From: an uncultured Desulfobacteraceae bacterium
GTDB taxonomy: Bacteria > Desulfobacterota > Desulfobacteria > Desulfobacterales > UBA11574
Reading direction: 5' to 3'
Assembly: GCA_964410925.1 (NCBI GenBank)
Contig: CAYPIW010000051.1
Location: 1 to 63,500 of the forward strand
Length of the DNA: 63,500 nucleotides
A program made the position numbers and the translations under genes. The notes beneath the pieces are model-generated. The model ran no database searches, was not told where the DNA came from, and was given only the letters and a program-made list of their open reading frames with translations. This document shows, piece by piece, positions 10,236 through 19,842 of the stretch (within the stretch, counting starts at the first letter, position 1; each line of letters begins with the position of its first letter).

Positions 10236-11399
10236 TTAATTATCCTTTTGTGTAGCCCCCTTTTCATAGGGCGGCGATGACTCTGTCGGCTTACCCTGTA
10301 TCGCAGGACTTATTTCTCGGGTTGTTTGTGATTCCTTTTCGCTGTTCAGGCCCGGCAAAAAATCATGAAATGCTTCTCCGTATAAATCCCAGATCGTTAC
10401 AAACAGAGCGGCGACAATCGGCCCCACCACAAAGCCGATGACTCCGAACAGGGCGATACCCCCCAAGGTGCCGAAAAAAATCATCAGGTCGTGCATCTGG
10501 GTGTCCTTGCCGACCAGTCGCGGGCGCACCACATTATCCAGACTGCCGACGACAAAGCCGCAGAATAGCGCCAATCCAACCGCCTTGAAGTAGCTGCCCC
10601 CTATCGCCAGAATAATGGCGGCCGGCACCCAGATCAGGGCTGAACCAACTGCCGGGATGATCGATAAAACGGCCATGACCGTGCCCCAGAAAACCGCGGA
10701 CTCAATGCCCACTGTGGCGAAGGCCAAACCCGCCAGGCCGCCCTGCAGCATGCCGATGACAGCGGTTCCCTTCAGCGTGGCCCGGGTCACCGATGTGAAT
10801 CTGTCTAACAGGCGTTTTTCTTCACGATCCTCAAGCGGTAGATAATACAGGATGCGATCGAGCAACACTCTGCCGTCAATCAGGAAAAAATAACTGCTGT
10901 ACAGAAAGACAAAAAACATAAAGAGGTAATTGACCGTGCCGACTGCCCCGGCCGAAAGGCTGTTGACAAGGAATGCGCTGATTCTGCTTGCCAATTCACC
11001 AGCCTTGCGGATGATCTGGTCGTGATAAGGAAGCATTTCCTCGTAAAGTGGAATTTTTTGCAGGTACTCTGTAAAGGCAGCCGGCTCGGCAATCTGTTGC
11101 TGCACCCAGGGAGTAACCGATTGCCCTACCTTAACGGCCTGGGCGGTTATAACGCCAAGCAGTCCGGATAAAGGCAGCAGAACCACAAGACTGAACAGCA
11201 TTAACGTCAATAGTGAAGACAGTTTCAAACGACCGCCGAGCAGTCGGGCGATTTTGCGGAACGCCGGTTGCGCCATGGCGGAAAAGATGCCCGCCAGCAG
11301 GATCGCCATGAGGAACTGGCGGATCATGGAAAGGAAAAGCACTGAAATCAGAAAAACCAGGATCATCAGGACAAGATTATTAACGGTATGACGCTGCAT
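10236..11399 (-). CDS. AI-2E family transporter
   Basis: Multi-TM protein with IPAVGSALIWVP, DNVVRPRLVG, GFVVGPIVAA. Confidence 0.9.
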   Translation of the reverse strand: MQRHTVNNLVLMILVFLISVLFLSMIRQFLMAILLAGIFSAMAQPAFRKIARLLGGRLKLSSLLTLMLFSLVVLLPLSGLLGVITAQAVKVGQSVTPWVQQQIAEPAAFTEYLQKIPLYEEMLPYHDQIIRKAGELASRISAFLVNSLSAGAVGTVNYLFMFFVFLYSSYFFLIDGRVLLDRILYYLPLEDREEKRLLDRFTSVTRATLKGTAVIGMLQGGLAGLAFATVGIESAVFWGTVMAVLSIIPAVGSALIWVPAAIILAIGGSYFKAVGLALFCGFVVGSLDNVVRPRLVGKDTQMHDLMIFFGTLGGIALFGVIGFVVGPIVAALFVTIWDLYGEAFHDFLPGLNSEKESQTTREISPAIQGKPTESSPPYEKGATQKDN

Positions 11400-11463
11400 T
11401 GATTTTTATCCGTTCAATTGCATGATAACATTAGGAACTTTCCGGTTCGTCTAAAATAAATAG

Positions 11464-11641
11464 GGGAGCATTACCGATTTGTTAAAATGGTTTTTAACCA
11501 TTAATTTATTCATTTTTTGAGCGAAAGCCTTGCAATCAGGTTTCAGGTTTCAGGTGTCAGGAGTAAGAAACGAATTAGCTGATGCCTGAAACCTGACACC
11601 AAAAAGTCTTGGATGGCAATTAACAAACTGGTAATGCACCC
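11464..11641. mobile_element. MITE (family A, copy 1) with 22-bp TIRs, 5-bp TSD and internal TCAGGT(G/T) heptamer hairpin
   Basis: Left GGGAGCATTACCGATTTGTTAA and right TTAACAAACTGGTAATGCACCC match 19/22 as inverted repeats. AATAG is duplicated at 11459-11463 and 11642-11646. Confidence 0.85.
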
Positions 11642-11817
11642 AATAGATAGCCATAGTATACACTAAATTTAAGCGTAGCGAAGACAATATGTCAACAAAT
11701 CAAACAAATCACGAAAATAAATCATAATCAGGTTTACCCGATGGCATCCCCGTCGGGGTGGGACTTCCACCCAAAGGCTCTTCATGGAGGATGTGCCCGC
11801 TTACCCTGCAAGCGGTG

Positions 11818-14532
11818 TTATGTTCCTCTTTTCCACCAAACCTGAAATCCATCCCTTTTTAACCTTTTAAATGACTTTTCTATCTCCACCGCCAGGAAAA
11901 CAACGGATGAAAGCAGGATCGTTACGATCAATTCCCTGGCAGAGAGCGGCTCTGTCTTGAAAATAGAGTTCAAAAACGGAACATAAATGGTAGCCATTTG
12001 AAGGCCGAAGGTCAGCAAGACGGCCCCAAGGAGAGGTTTATTGGACAGGGCCCCCTGCCTGAAAAAGGACTCCTGTTCAGATCGAATAGCCAGCACGTGT
12101 CCCATCTGGCTCAGGCAGAGTACGGTAAAGACCATGGTTTGCCAGTGGGTCTGGCTGCTGTGAATGAACCAGATCTGCGTGAAGATGGAAATGGCACCCA
12201 TGAGGAGACCCACCCAGATGATATGGGCACCGAGACCCTGCGCGAAAATACTCTCCTTCGGGTGCCGGGGAGGGCGGCTCATGATGTTTTTTTCTCCAGG
12301 CTCAGCGGCCAGTGCCAGACCGGGAAAGCCGTCCGTCACCAGGTTGATCCACAGGATGTGGATCGGTAGCAGGGGAATAGGCAGACCCATGAAGGGTGCC
12401 AGGAAAATCGTCCAGATCTCGCCCGAATTGCTGGTCATGGTGTATTTGATGAACTTGCGGATATTATCGAAGATCCGGCGACCTTCCCTGACGGTCTTGA
12501 CGATAGTGGCGAAGTTGTCGTCCAGCAGGATCATGTGGGAGGCCTCCTTGGACACATCGGTACCGGTGATGCCCATGGCAATCCCGATATCCGCCCGTTT
12601 CAGGGCCGGGGCATCATTGACCCCGTCCCCGGTCATGGCCACGAACTGTCCCTTATCCTGCAGGGCCTTTACGATTTTCAGCTTCTGTTCCGGGGCGACC
12701 CGTGCGTAGACCCGTATCTTTTCAACCTGTTTTTCGAATTCCGTCAGAGAAAGCTGATCGAGATCCCGTCCGGTTATCACGGCATTCCCGTCTCCATGGA
12801 TGATGCCCACTCGTCCGGCAATGACCCTCGCCGTCAACGGGTGGTCTCCTGTGATCATCACCGGCCGGATACCTGCCGAACGACACATGGCTACCGCCTC
12901 CGTTGCCTCCGGACGAGGCGGGTCCATCATCCCGACAATACCCAGCAGGATCAGCCGTGTTTCCACCTGGCCGGAGTTCAACTGATCCGGGAGACTCTCC
13001 CAGACTCTCAGGCCAAACCCCAGCGCCCGCAAGCCTTGTCCCGTGATCTGTTCGGTAATCTCCAGGATTTTCGGAAGATCAATCTCTTCCTTTCCCCGAC
13101 GGGTTAATACCCTTTCGGAACGTCCCAGTATTTCTTCTACGGCTCCCTTGGTAAAAGATACCACTCGTGTAGTATCCCATGGATGGAAGGTGGTCATCAA
13201 CTTCCGGTCCGAATCAAAGGGGATCTCAGCCAGCCGGGGAAATTTTACATCGAGTTTCTCCCGAAGGAATCCTCTTTCCAGTGCCAGGTTGAACAGGGCG
13301 GTTTCGGTGGGATCGCCTGTGGCAGTGCCGGATGCATCCAGACGGGCGTCATTGGAAAGGGCCAGAGCCGTAAGCAACAAACCGAGGGGGTTCCGGAGGG
13401 AAAAAGAAATATCTTTATTTTCCTCCTCACCGGATAGGGGCAGGTCTTTGGGATGGAGTAAACGACCGTCCGCATACACCTTTTCCACGGTCATACGGTT
13501 CAGGGTCAAGGTTCCGGTTTTGTCTGAGCAAATATAAGTCACCGAACCCAGGGTCTCCACGGCCGGCAGTTTCCGGATCAATGCCTGCTGTTTGACCAGC
13601 CTTCTGGCACCCAGGGCCAGTGAGATGGTAATTACCGCCGGCAGGGCCTCGGGGATGGCCGCCACCGCAAGGGAGATGGCCGTGAGCAGCATCAAAAGCG
13701 GTGGCTCTCCACGAAAGAGACCTGCGATAAAAACGATACCGCAAACCGCCAGGATGGCGCAGGCCAGCTTCTGACCGAAATAGGCAAGGCGTTTCTGCAG
13801 TGGCGTTCGACCTTCCTCCTGGCCCTGGAGCAGGGTGGCGATCCGGCCGAGTTGTGTCTTCATACCGGTCTCTGTCACCAGACCTCGGCCCCGGCCGTAT
13901 GTGACTAGAGTTCCCTTATAAACCATGTTCTTGCGGTCGCCGATGGGCAGATCCTCTTCATGGAGCGCCACGGTGTGCTTTTCTACCGGAACGGATTCGC
14001 CGGTTAAAGCCGCTTCTTCGGTTCGAAATTGAACTGCTTCGATTAGCCGGATATCGGCAGGCACGACATTGCCGGCTTCCAGGATCACCAGATCTCCGGG
14101 AACGAGGTGTTCCGCTGGTATCGATTCTGACCGCCCGTCCCGAATGACGGTAGCTGAAGGAGCCGCCAGCTTTTTCAGAGCGGCCATGGCCTTTTCGGCT
14201 CGGTATTCCTGAACAAATCCAAGTATGGCATTTAGCAGCACGATCACTGCAATGGCGATGCTATCCGAAGGTTCGCCGATGAAGCCGGCCACCACGGCGG
14301 CAGCAATCAGAACCAGGATCATGAAATCCTTGAATTGATCCATGAACATCATCCATAACGGTTTGGGCTTTTTTTCGATCAGTTCGTTGGGCCCGAAGCG
14401 CCTCATCCGCTGCTGGGCTTCCTCAGGGGTAAGCCCCCCCCTGCCGGATGATTGAAGTATCTCTATCACCTTTTCCAAATCAAGTTGATGCCAGTCACTC
14501 GATTCGTTTCTATTTTGGGTCATAATTTCCAT
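11818..14532 (-). CDS. P2A-type cation-translocating ATPase (Ca2+/Mn2+, YoaB-like)
   Basis: TGES, AAIPEALP, CSDKTGTLT, MITGDH, TGDGVND, INLVTDG. Confidence 0.95.
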   Translation of the reverse strand: MEIMTQNRNESSDWHQLDLEKVIEILQSSGRGGLTPEEAQQRMRRFGPNELIEKKPKPLWMMFMDQFKDFMILVLIAAAVVAGFIGEPSDSIAIAVIVLLNAILGFVQEYRAEKAMAALKKLAAPSATVIRDGRSESIPAEHLVPGDLVILEAGNVVPADIRLIEAVQFRTEEAALTGESVPVEKHTVALHEEDLPIGDRKNMVYKGTLVTYGRGRGLVTETGMKTQLGRIATLLQGQEEGRTPLQKRLAYFGQKLACAILAVCGIVFIAGLFRGEPPLLMLLTAISLAVAAIPEALPAVITISLALGARRLVKQQALIRKLPAVETLGSVTYICSDKTGTLTLNRMTVEKVYADGRLLHPKDLPLSGEEENKDISFSLRNPLGLLLTALALSNDARLDASGTATGDPTETALFNLALERGFLREKLDVKFPRLAEIPFDSDRKLMTTFHPWDTTRVVSFTKGAVEEILGRSERVLTRRGKEEIDLPKILEITEQITGQGLRALGFGLRVWESLPDQLNSGQVETRLILLGIVGMMDPPRPEATEAVAMCRSAGIRPVMITGDHPLTARVIAGRVGIIHGDGNAVITGRDLDQLSLTEFEKQVEKIRVYARVAPEQKLKIVKALQDKGQFVAMTGDGVNDAPALKRADIGIAMGITGTDVSKEASHMILLDDNFATIVKTVREGRRIFDNIRKFIKYTMTSNSGEIWTIFLAPFMGLPIPLLPIHILWINLVTDGFPGLALAAEPGEKNIMSRPPRHPKESIFAQGLGAHIIWVGLLMGAISIFTQIWFIHSSQTHWQTMVFTVLCLSQMGHVLAIRSEQESFFRQGALSNKPLLGAVLLTFGLQMATIYVPFLNSIFKTEPLSARELIVTILLSSVVFLAVEIEKSFKRLKRDGFQVWWKRGT

Positions 14533-14592
14533 CGCTTTATATATTCCATTATTGAAATTTCAAAGAGTTTCTGATTCCTCCCCATTACCTCT

Positions 14593-14634
14593 AAAAAAAA
14601 AGACCTGGGTCACATTTTCATGTGACAAAGGTCT
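14593..14634 (-). terminator. Intrinsic terminator (expression platform of the riboswitch)
   Basis: Minus strand AGACCT-TT-GTCACAT GAAA ATGTGAC-CC-AGGTCT followed by a T8-9 tract; overlaps the 3' strand of the aptamer P1. Confidence 0.85.
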
Positions 14635-14724
14635 TGCTTGTTAGCCAATACTCTAACAGGTTGTACCGGCCTTCTGCTCCGAAGACGTATTGACGATAGC
14701 CACCTTAAAAGCTACTCTTGTCTG
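14624..14724 (-). ncRNA. yybP-ykoY (Mn2+-sensing) riboswitch aptamer
   Basis: Minus strand GACAAGAGTAGC...TATCGTCAATACG...CCGGTACAACCT GTTAG..CTAAC AAGCAAGACCTTTGTC carries the hallmark GAGUAGC, UCAAUA loop and GCAAGACC. It lies between a consensus promoter and a P-type ATPase gene. Confidence 0.82.
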
Positions 14725-14733
14725 GAATCTTGT

Positions 14734-14762
14734 ATTATAATTCGAATTCCTGTCCTTGTCAA
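14734..14762 (-). promoter_or_regulatory. Consensus sigma70 promoter for the riboswitch/ATPase transcript
   Basis: TTGACA (14762-14757), N17, TATAAT (14739-14734). Confidence 0.85.
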
Positions 14763-14841
14763 GAAATAACTCGATATTACCCCTCTTGTCTTAAACCGCT
14801 CGTCAATCACCTGTCAGAAACAGAACCCATAATATTTACGA

Positions 14842-14870
14842 TTGCATTAAGTTTGATTCAATGTTATTAT
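14842..14870 (+). promoter_or_regulatory. Putative sigma70 promoter for the 66-aa gene
   Basis: TTGCAT-N17-TATTAT with an extended TG. Confidence 0.45.
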
Positions 14871-14936
14871 TTTTTGGTAGTATTGTGTTAACCTCGATGG
14901 ATCAATTTATTAAATTACGATTATGAGGAGGAAAAA

Positions 14937-15137
14937 ATGAAATCAGGTAAAACCGGGGGAAATCTCGCTGAGATGATCAAAAAAGCAATCTTTGATTGTG
15001 AACTTACAACTTCCGAACACAATCAAATTCTAGCGATGGCGGATAAGGATGGTGTAATAGACTCGCAGGAGCAAAATCTTTTAAAACAATTGCAGGATCT
15101 GATAGCTAATGGAACCATTAAAAAGGTTCCCGGTTAA
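14937..15137 (+). CDS. Small hypothetical protein with TerB/EF-hand-like acidic loop
   Basis: Strong RBS GAGGAGG; 66 aa containing ADKDGVIDSQE. Confidence 0.75.
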   Translation: MKSGKTGGNLAEMIKKAIFDCELTTSEHNQILAMADKDGVIDSQEQNLLKQLQDLIANGTIKKVPG

Positions 15138-15284
15138 CTATAAGACCACATTTTGGTTTTTTAATAAGGATTGATTGTTAGTGGAGGTACAGGGGGAATA
15201 TTCCCTTGTACATGACTGCTACCTTCTGAGATTTTAAAATAATATCTAATTTTAATGGGGCAAATACAATTTTTTTGAGTTTGC

Positions 15285-15415
15285 CCTTTTCTTTTGTCCC
15301 CCGGTAGCACAGTAAACCGGGCGCTTTCACGGATTGTTTAAAGTTACCCTGAGCTAAAACATCCTTTGGCTCAATATCCAACGAGTTTGTCATTGGTTTC
15401 TATATTTGTTTCCAG
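15285..15415 (-). pseudogene. Possible C-terminal remnant of a Y1 (IS200/REP-associated) transposase
   Basis: LNWKQI*KPMTNSLDIEPKDVLAQGNFKQSVKAPGLLCYRGTKE resembles, from recall, the VKARSLLCYWxxxELG helix-turn-helix tail of deltaproteobacterial Y1 transposases; in-frame stop present. Confidence 0.35.
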
Positions 15416-15465
15416 TTCAGTTTATGATATGTCTTATGAAAAGAAATGAAAAGGGAAAATCTTAA

Positions 15466-16272
15466 ATGACAAATTTGATTATCGTGGGATTTTTTATTTT
15501 AATGGTAGCCATCGTCATGAGCATGGTGGGTAAAGGAGGGGGTAATTTTTATGTTGTGATTCTGGCGATGGCGAATGTTCCCATGCACCAGGCGGCTACA
15601 ACGGGTCAGTTTATTCTTTTTGCCGCGTCTGGTGCAGCGATGATAATTTTTCAAAAGAATAAATCTGTGTTATGGTCATTGGCCATCTTAATTGGAACTT
15701 TCATGGCGGTATCGGCATTTGGAGGAGGTTATTTTTCTCGTTTGTTTAGCGGGTTTTCATTGAAACTGATATTTGCTTTCATGCTGTTGATCGCAGGTGC
15801 AATAATGCTTATCCCGGTTTCAGAGGAAAAAAGCGTGACGAGGAAAAAGGGGTTTGGAATTCTGAATGTTAAATCAGGGGGTCAAACCCATAGTGTAAAC
15901 CTGTGGATTGCATTACCAATAGCTATTTCAGCAGGTTTTGGATCAGGGATGGTGGGGGTTTCGGGAGGATCTTTTTTGGTGCCACTGATGGTATTGGCAT
16001 GCGGTGTTCCCATGCATACAGCGGTTGGAACCGCATCAACATTAATTGCCGCAACTGCCTTTATGGGCTTCACAGGGCATGCCGTTCGGGGAGATTTTAA
16101 TCCTTCATGGGCGATTCCATTAGCTTGTATTACTATTTTCGGAGGAATCATTGGTGGCAGATTCGCTTTAAAAACAAAGCCTAAACATCTTAAAATACTC
16201 TTTGCCTATACGAATTGGGTGGCAGCTCTTTTCATGATGATTAATGCGTTTTATACGAGAGGAATGATATAA
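15466..16272 (+). CDS. Sulfite exporter TauE/SafE family protein
   Basis: Two repeats GKGGG..PMHQAA and GMVGVSGGSFLVP..PMHTAVGT; about 8 TM segments. Confidence 0.88.
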   Translation: MTNLIIVGFFILMVAIVMSMVGKGGGNFYVVILAMANVPMHQAATTGQFILFAASGAAMIIFQKNKSVLWSLAILIGTFMAVSAFGGGYFSRLFSGFSLKLIFAFMLLIAGAIMLIPVSEEKSVTRKKGFGILNVKSGGQTHSVNLWIALPIAISAGFGSGMVGVSGGSFLVPLMVLACGVPMHTAVGTASTLIAATAFMGFTGHAVRGDFNPSWAIPLACITIFGGIIGGRFALKTKPKHLKILFAYTNWVAALFMMINAFYTRGMI

Positions 16273-16314
16273 ATATGAATAGGAATTACAATGCGATGAA
16301 TTGAAATGTAAACA

Positions 16315-16606
16315 CCATTGTTTTTCAATACCTGTTTAATTCATGTTCACATATTGAGTCCGACTACTCAAAATTTAAACAGTCCTACTGTTCAGTTTTT
16401 AAACAGCTTGACAGTTGAATAACAACAAAAATTTTAAACTCGAACTTCAATTCTACCCTTGTTTTATCCGGCAACTGGCAACCTGAACGGGCAATAGGCA
16501 CCCAATCCCAATTGGCATAATTATTGCTTTATATTTAATTGACTGATTTTTAAACCGAGAGCCCTAAACGGACAGGAGGGTTACCATGTTTACGCAGTTT
16601 TTTTAA
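16315..16606 (+). promoter_or_regulatory. Sigma54 promoter cassette, copy A (UAS-like palindromes, -24/-12 box, RBS and micro-ORF)
   Basis: TTGGCATAATTATTGCT at 16512-16528; TGTTCA-N5-TAAACA-type sites at 16344, 16365 and 16389; aligns with 19843-20128 and 51075-51357. Confidence 0.8.
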
Positions 16607-16749
16607 CAAAATGTCGTGAAGAACCTGATCCCCTAATACCATGTCTTAAGATACTGTTTCCCGACACGAGCGTTCCTTTTAGATTTAAGAAAAATAAAAT
16701 AGTTTTCTATAACTTGAAAAATAAACATTCCACACAAAAGGAGGGAAAC

Positions 16750-17352
16750 ATGAAAAAACAAATATTGAATTATGAAACACTGCTTAAGGTTACCGATGCC
16801 ATCTCTTCGACCAGGGATGTGGAAGAGATTATTCTGGTGACGGTGGAGAGTGTCAAAAGAGCTTTGGATGTCAAGGGCTGTGCAATGTTCATGGTTGATC
16901 GAAAAACCAATGAACTGTCTCTGGCCGCCGCATTCGGCCTGAGTGATGAGTATTTGAATAAAGGTCCTTTGAGCGCTTTACGTTCCATTGCTTCGTCCCT
17001 GGAAGATGGGCCTGTGGCGGTTTATGATGTCAGTGACGATCCCAGGCTTCAGTATCCTGAAGCGGCGAAAAAAGAGGGGATCGCCTCAATACTGTCTGTT
17101 CCGATCACGAGTCTGGGCAATGTGATTGGTGCTTTACGAGTCTACACGGCTCAACCTTGGGAAGTTACTTTGGAGGATGTGAATTTTATTCAGGCAGTGG
17201 GGCAGGTTGCCGGGATGGCCATTGACATGTGCCGGCTTAACAGGGGATTGAAAAGCAGCATTGAAATTTTAAAGACCATGCGGGACCCCCGGGAGCTTAA
17301 ATCCAAGAGAAGAACCCCCTACGAAGGTGTCCCGGTGAGTGTTGTGTCGTAA
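16750..17352 (+). CDS. Stand-alone GAF-domain protein
   Basis: FGLSDEYLNKGP, DPRLQYPEAAKKEGIASILSVPI, IGALRVY; RBS AGGAGGG before ATG 16750. Confidence 0.88.
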   Translation: MKKQILNYETLLKVTDAISSTRDVEEIILVTVESVKRALDVKGCAMFMVDRKTNELSLAAAFGLSDEYLNKGPLSALRSIASSLEDGPVAVYDVSDDPRLQYPEAAKKEGIASILSVPITSLGNVIGALRVYTAQPWEVTLEDVNFIQAVGQVAGMAIDMCRLNRGLKSSIEILKTMRDPRELKSKRRTPYEGVPVSVVS

Positions 17353-17399
17353 AAGTGATTTGCACCCTGTGAGATGTTTTGTGAAGAGAGGTGTTAAGT

Positions 17400-17479
17400 C
17401 TTGATGCATACAGGTTCGCGAAAACCGCAGGCATATCCGTGGATATGTCGAGGATTTTCGCGGATCCTTTATGCGCAAG
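17400..17479. repeat. Palindromic REP-like element (family C, copy 1)
   Basis: TGCATA..GGTTCGCGAAAA..CATATCC GT GGATATG..TTTTCGCGGATCC..TATGCG; an inverted homologue lies at 42672-42770. Confidence 0.7.
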
Positions 17480-17634
17480 ACATGGGTGCGGACCGGGTAA
17501 AAAATCCCTTGATTCGGGTTACGGTAATGTGAATACAGAGTTCAGCAAAATTTCTTTGGACCTTTGAATATAACACCCCATTTCCTTTCCGGCCATATTC
17601 TTGCAGAGTTCTTCAAGCTCAGATGCCTTTTTGA

Positions 17635-19641
17635 TTACCTCTCGGGGTTGCCTGCCACCCGTGCTCCAATTTTATTCATATGGATGTGGGAACGATTGGA
17701 TACCGGCAATGTCAGGAATGAAAAAATTTCTTTTGCTGAATTTTTTCCGTATAATATTTTCGGAGAAGTCGCTTTCCGGTTAAGCGCCATATTCAACCGG
17801 CGATCCCTGCCATATATATCATCTCTGAAGTTGACAACTCCATCCTTGTCAACCCAGGCTGTCCAGTAGAGAACATAAATCTTAATGGGCTTTGACAAAA
17901 TTATTATTATGTTTTTTTTTCGTCCGACCGCAGCAACTAATTTTTCGAGACTCCATTTTGAATTATTTTGTAACAGGTAGGCTGCAAGTTCAAGGGGTTT
18001 TTCAATACGGATACAACCGGAACTAAAGGTGCGTGTTGTCATGTTAAATAAGTTGTGAGCCGGCGTATCATGTAAATATACGCCAAACTCATTTGGAAAA
18101 ATAAATTTTACTCGGCCAAGGGCATTTGAACTTGCCGGATCCTGGCGGAGTTTATAGACAAAGTTTTTTCTGGTTATTTTATCCCAATCAATGGATTCAG
18201 GGTTCAGCTCCCTTGCATTTTCCCGCCAGTTTTCAAAAAGCCGGATGTTATGATCACCCAGGTAGCAAGGGTTTTTTTTAATACAGGGTAATATATCATT
18301 CAGGGCAATTTTGTGGGGAACATTCCAATAAGGATTCAATTCAAGATATATTATTTCTCGTGAAAAAACAGGAGTGCGCCGCTTCATTTTTCCGACAATA
18401 ACCTTAATTGACTTTATTGACTGTTTGTTCTCAATAACACTGAGTTTAAAATTGGCTGTGTTAACAATGATATAGCAGTCCCCTAAATCTTGAGGAAGCC
18501 AACGCCAGCGTTCCATATTCAATCTGATTTGTCTAATACGATCTTCCACGGGAACATTCAGTGCGAAGAGTGTCTTTGAGCCCACAATTCCATCAACTTT
18601 AAGCCCGTGTCTTGCCTGGAACCTTCTGACTCCATCTTCCAAAACTTCATCAAAACAGTCCGGATGGCTGTGGGTTGAGTCTTTCAGATCACCTGACTTG
18701 ATCAGGCGTAATCGTAAAGCGACAATCCGCGTTCCATAATCGCCTTTCTGAAGTGTCCCCCCGGCAGGTAATTCATGCCAGCAACCCGATTTTTTAATAT
18801 TTTGGTATGTTAATAATGCCTGTTTCAATCTTAGATATCCGAGATGACGGGGCTGAAGAGAATCAACAAACACTTCCATTTGGTTATCATACAACACGGT
18901 TTGAAAAATCTTTCCCAGATTTTTCTTTGGTTTTTTTACGTACCAGTTCAGTTTGTTGGAATAAGGATCTACGATCCCTTGTGACAGATGAAATCCATAT
19001 GAAAAAAAAGCATCGGTTAAGAGTAAATCAAGTTCCGCCACCTTTGCAGGTTCAGGTGTATGTAACATTATGCCGTGCTTAATATCAGACACTATGTTCA
19101 AAATATCTTTCTGATGGTAGGTTTCGGAATCAAGTCCTTCATGTTCTGCTTCATTAATGGTCTTTATGAGAATTTTCGCCGCATGGTTCAACCCATCTTT
19201 ACTGGCCCATACAGGGTTACCTTCTCGATGAAGATAGAAAGCGAAAAGTAATTTTGGATGGCAAATCAGTGTTATTTTAGAATCTGTTTTATTTCTGCTG
19301 ATCAGGGAGCTAAGCCGTGATATCAAACACTCACGCACTTCATCCGTAAACTTACAAAAATTATTGGTTTCTATATGTTGCATGGGAATAGTTGTCATAC
19401 TCTGATTAAAAGTGTGGATGAATCCGCAGGAACTGTTGGACTTAATCAAGGGAAAAGAACCGGAAATCGTGCTATGGCAGGCAAAATCAATATGATCGTT
19501 GCGGTTCTGTTTGGCAAACGCAAATGAATAGGTAGTTAAAGAATATTTATCCACCTGATCATTTAAATTCAGGGAATAAACATTTCCGGATAAGAACAAA
19601 ATGCTTCCCGACAAAATGAATATAAATACATATGGCTTCAT
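17635..19641 (-). CDS. L,D-transpeptidase (YcbB/LdtD-like) with scaffold and PG-binding domains
   Basis: FQARHGLKVDGIVG, NMERWRWLP, NPYWNVP, VYLHDTP..FSSGCIR. Start MKPYV with a GAGGT RBS. Confidence 0.92.
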   Translation of the reverse strand: MKPYVFIFILSGSILFLSGNVYSLNLNDQVDKYSLTTYSFAFAKQNRNDHIDFACHSTISGSFPLIKSNSSCGFIHTFNQSMTTIPMQHIETNNFCKFTDEVRECLISRLSSLISRNKTDSKITLICHPKLLFAFYLHREGNPVWASKDGLNHAAKILIKTINEAEHEGLDSETYHQKDILNIVSDIKHGIMLHTPEPAKVAELDLLLTDAFFSYGFHLSQGIVDPYSNKLNWYVKKPKKNLGKIFQTVLYDNQMEVFVDSLQPRHLGYLRLKQALLTYQNIKKSGCWHELPAGGTLQKGDYGTRIVALRLRLIKSGDLKDSTHSHPDCFDEVLEDGVRRFQARHGLKVDGIVGSKTLFALNVPVEDRIRQIRLNMERWRWLPQDLGDCYIIVNTANFKLSVIENKQSIKSIKVIVGKMKRRTPVFSREIIYLELNPYWNVPHKIALNDILPCIKKNPCYLGDHNIRLFENWRENARELNPESIDWDKITRKNFVYKLRQDPASSNALGRVKFIFPNEFGVYLHDTPAHNLFNMTTRTFSSGCIRIEKPLELAAYLLQNNSKWSLEKLVAAVGRKKNIIIILSKPIKIYVLYWTAWVDKDGVVNFRDDIYGRDRRLNMALNRKATSPKILYGKNSAKEIFSFLTLPVSNRSHIHMNKIGARVAGNPER

Positions 19642-19674
19642 GTTTACCTCGCCAAATATCCTGTATAAATAAAC

Positions 19675-19691
19675 AGCAAATATAATGCCAG
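19675..19691 (-). promoter_or_regulatory. Sigma54 promoter of the L,D-transpeptidase gene
   Basis: Minus strand CTGGCATTATATTTGCT (GG-N10-GC), about 35 bp upstream of the ATG. Confidence 0.7.
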
Positions 19692-19842
19692 AATATGCAG
19701 ACATTGCAATTTAATGTCGTACAGAGTTTCCCCAAGGACCTTTTGTTTTAGAATGCCCGGCAGCTGTTTCAATCGCCCTGGTAATCGAACTTATGACGTT
19801 TTTGTGTCCATAATTATGACCCCCTCCTGAATCGAATCATCC

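Noticed and set aside
15178-15393. 71-aa ORF as a functional gene
   Set aside because: No RBS, and it looks like a decayed transposase tail running into non-coding sequence.
19642-19704. Longer start for the L,D-transpeptidase
   Set aside because: It would overlap the sigma54 promoter; ATG 19641 has an RBS and a signal-like N-terminus.
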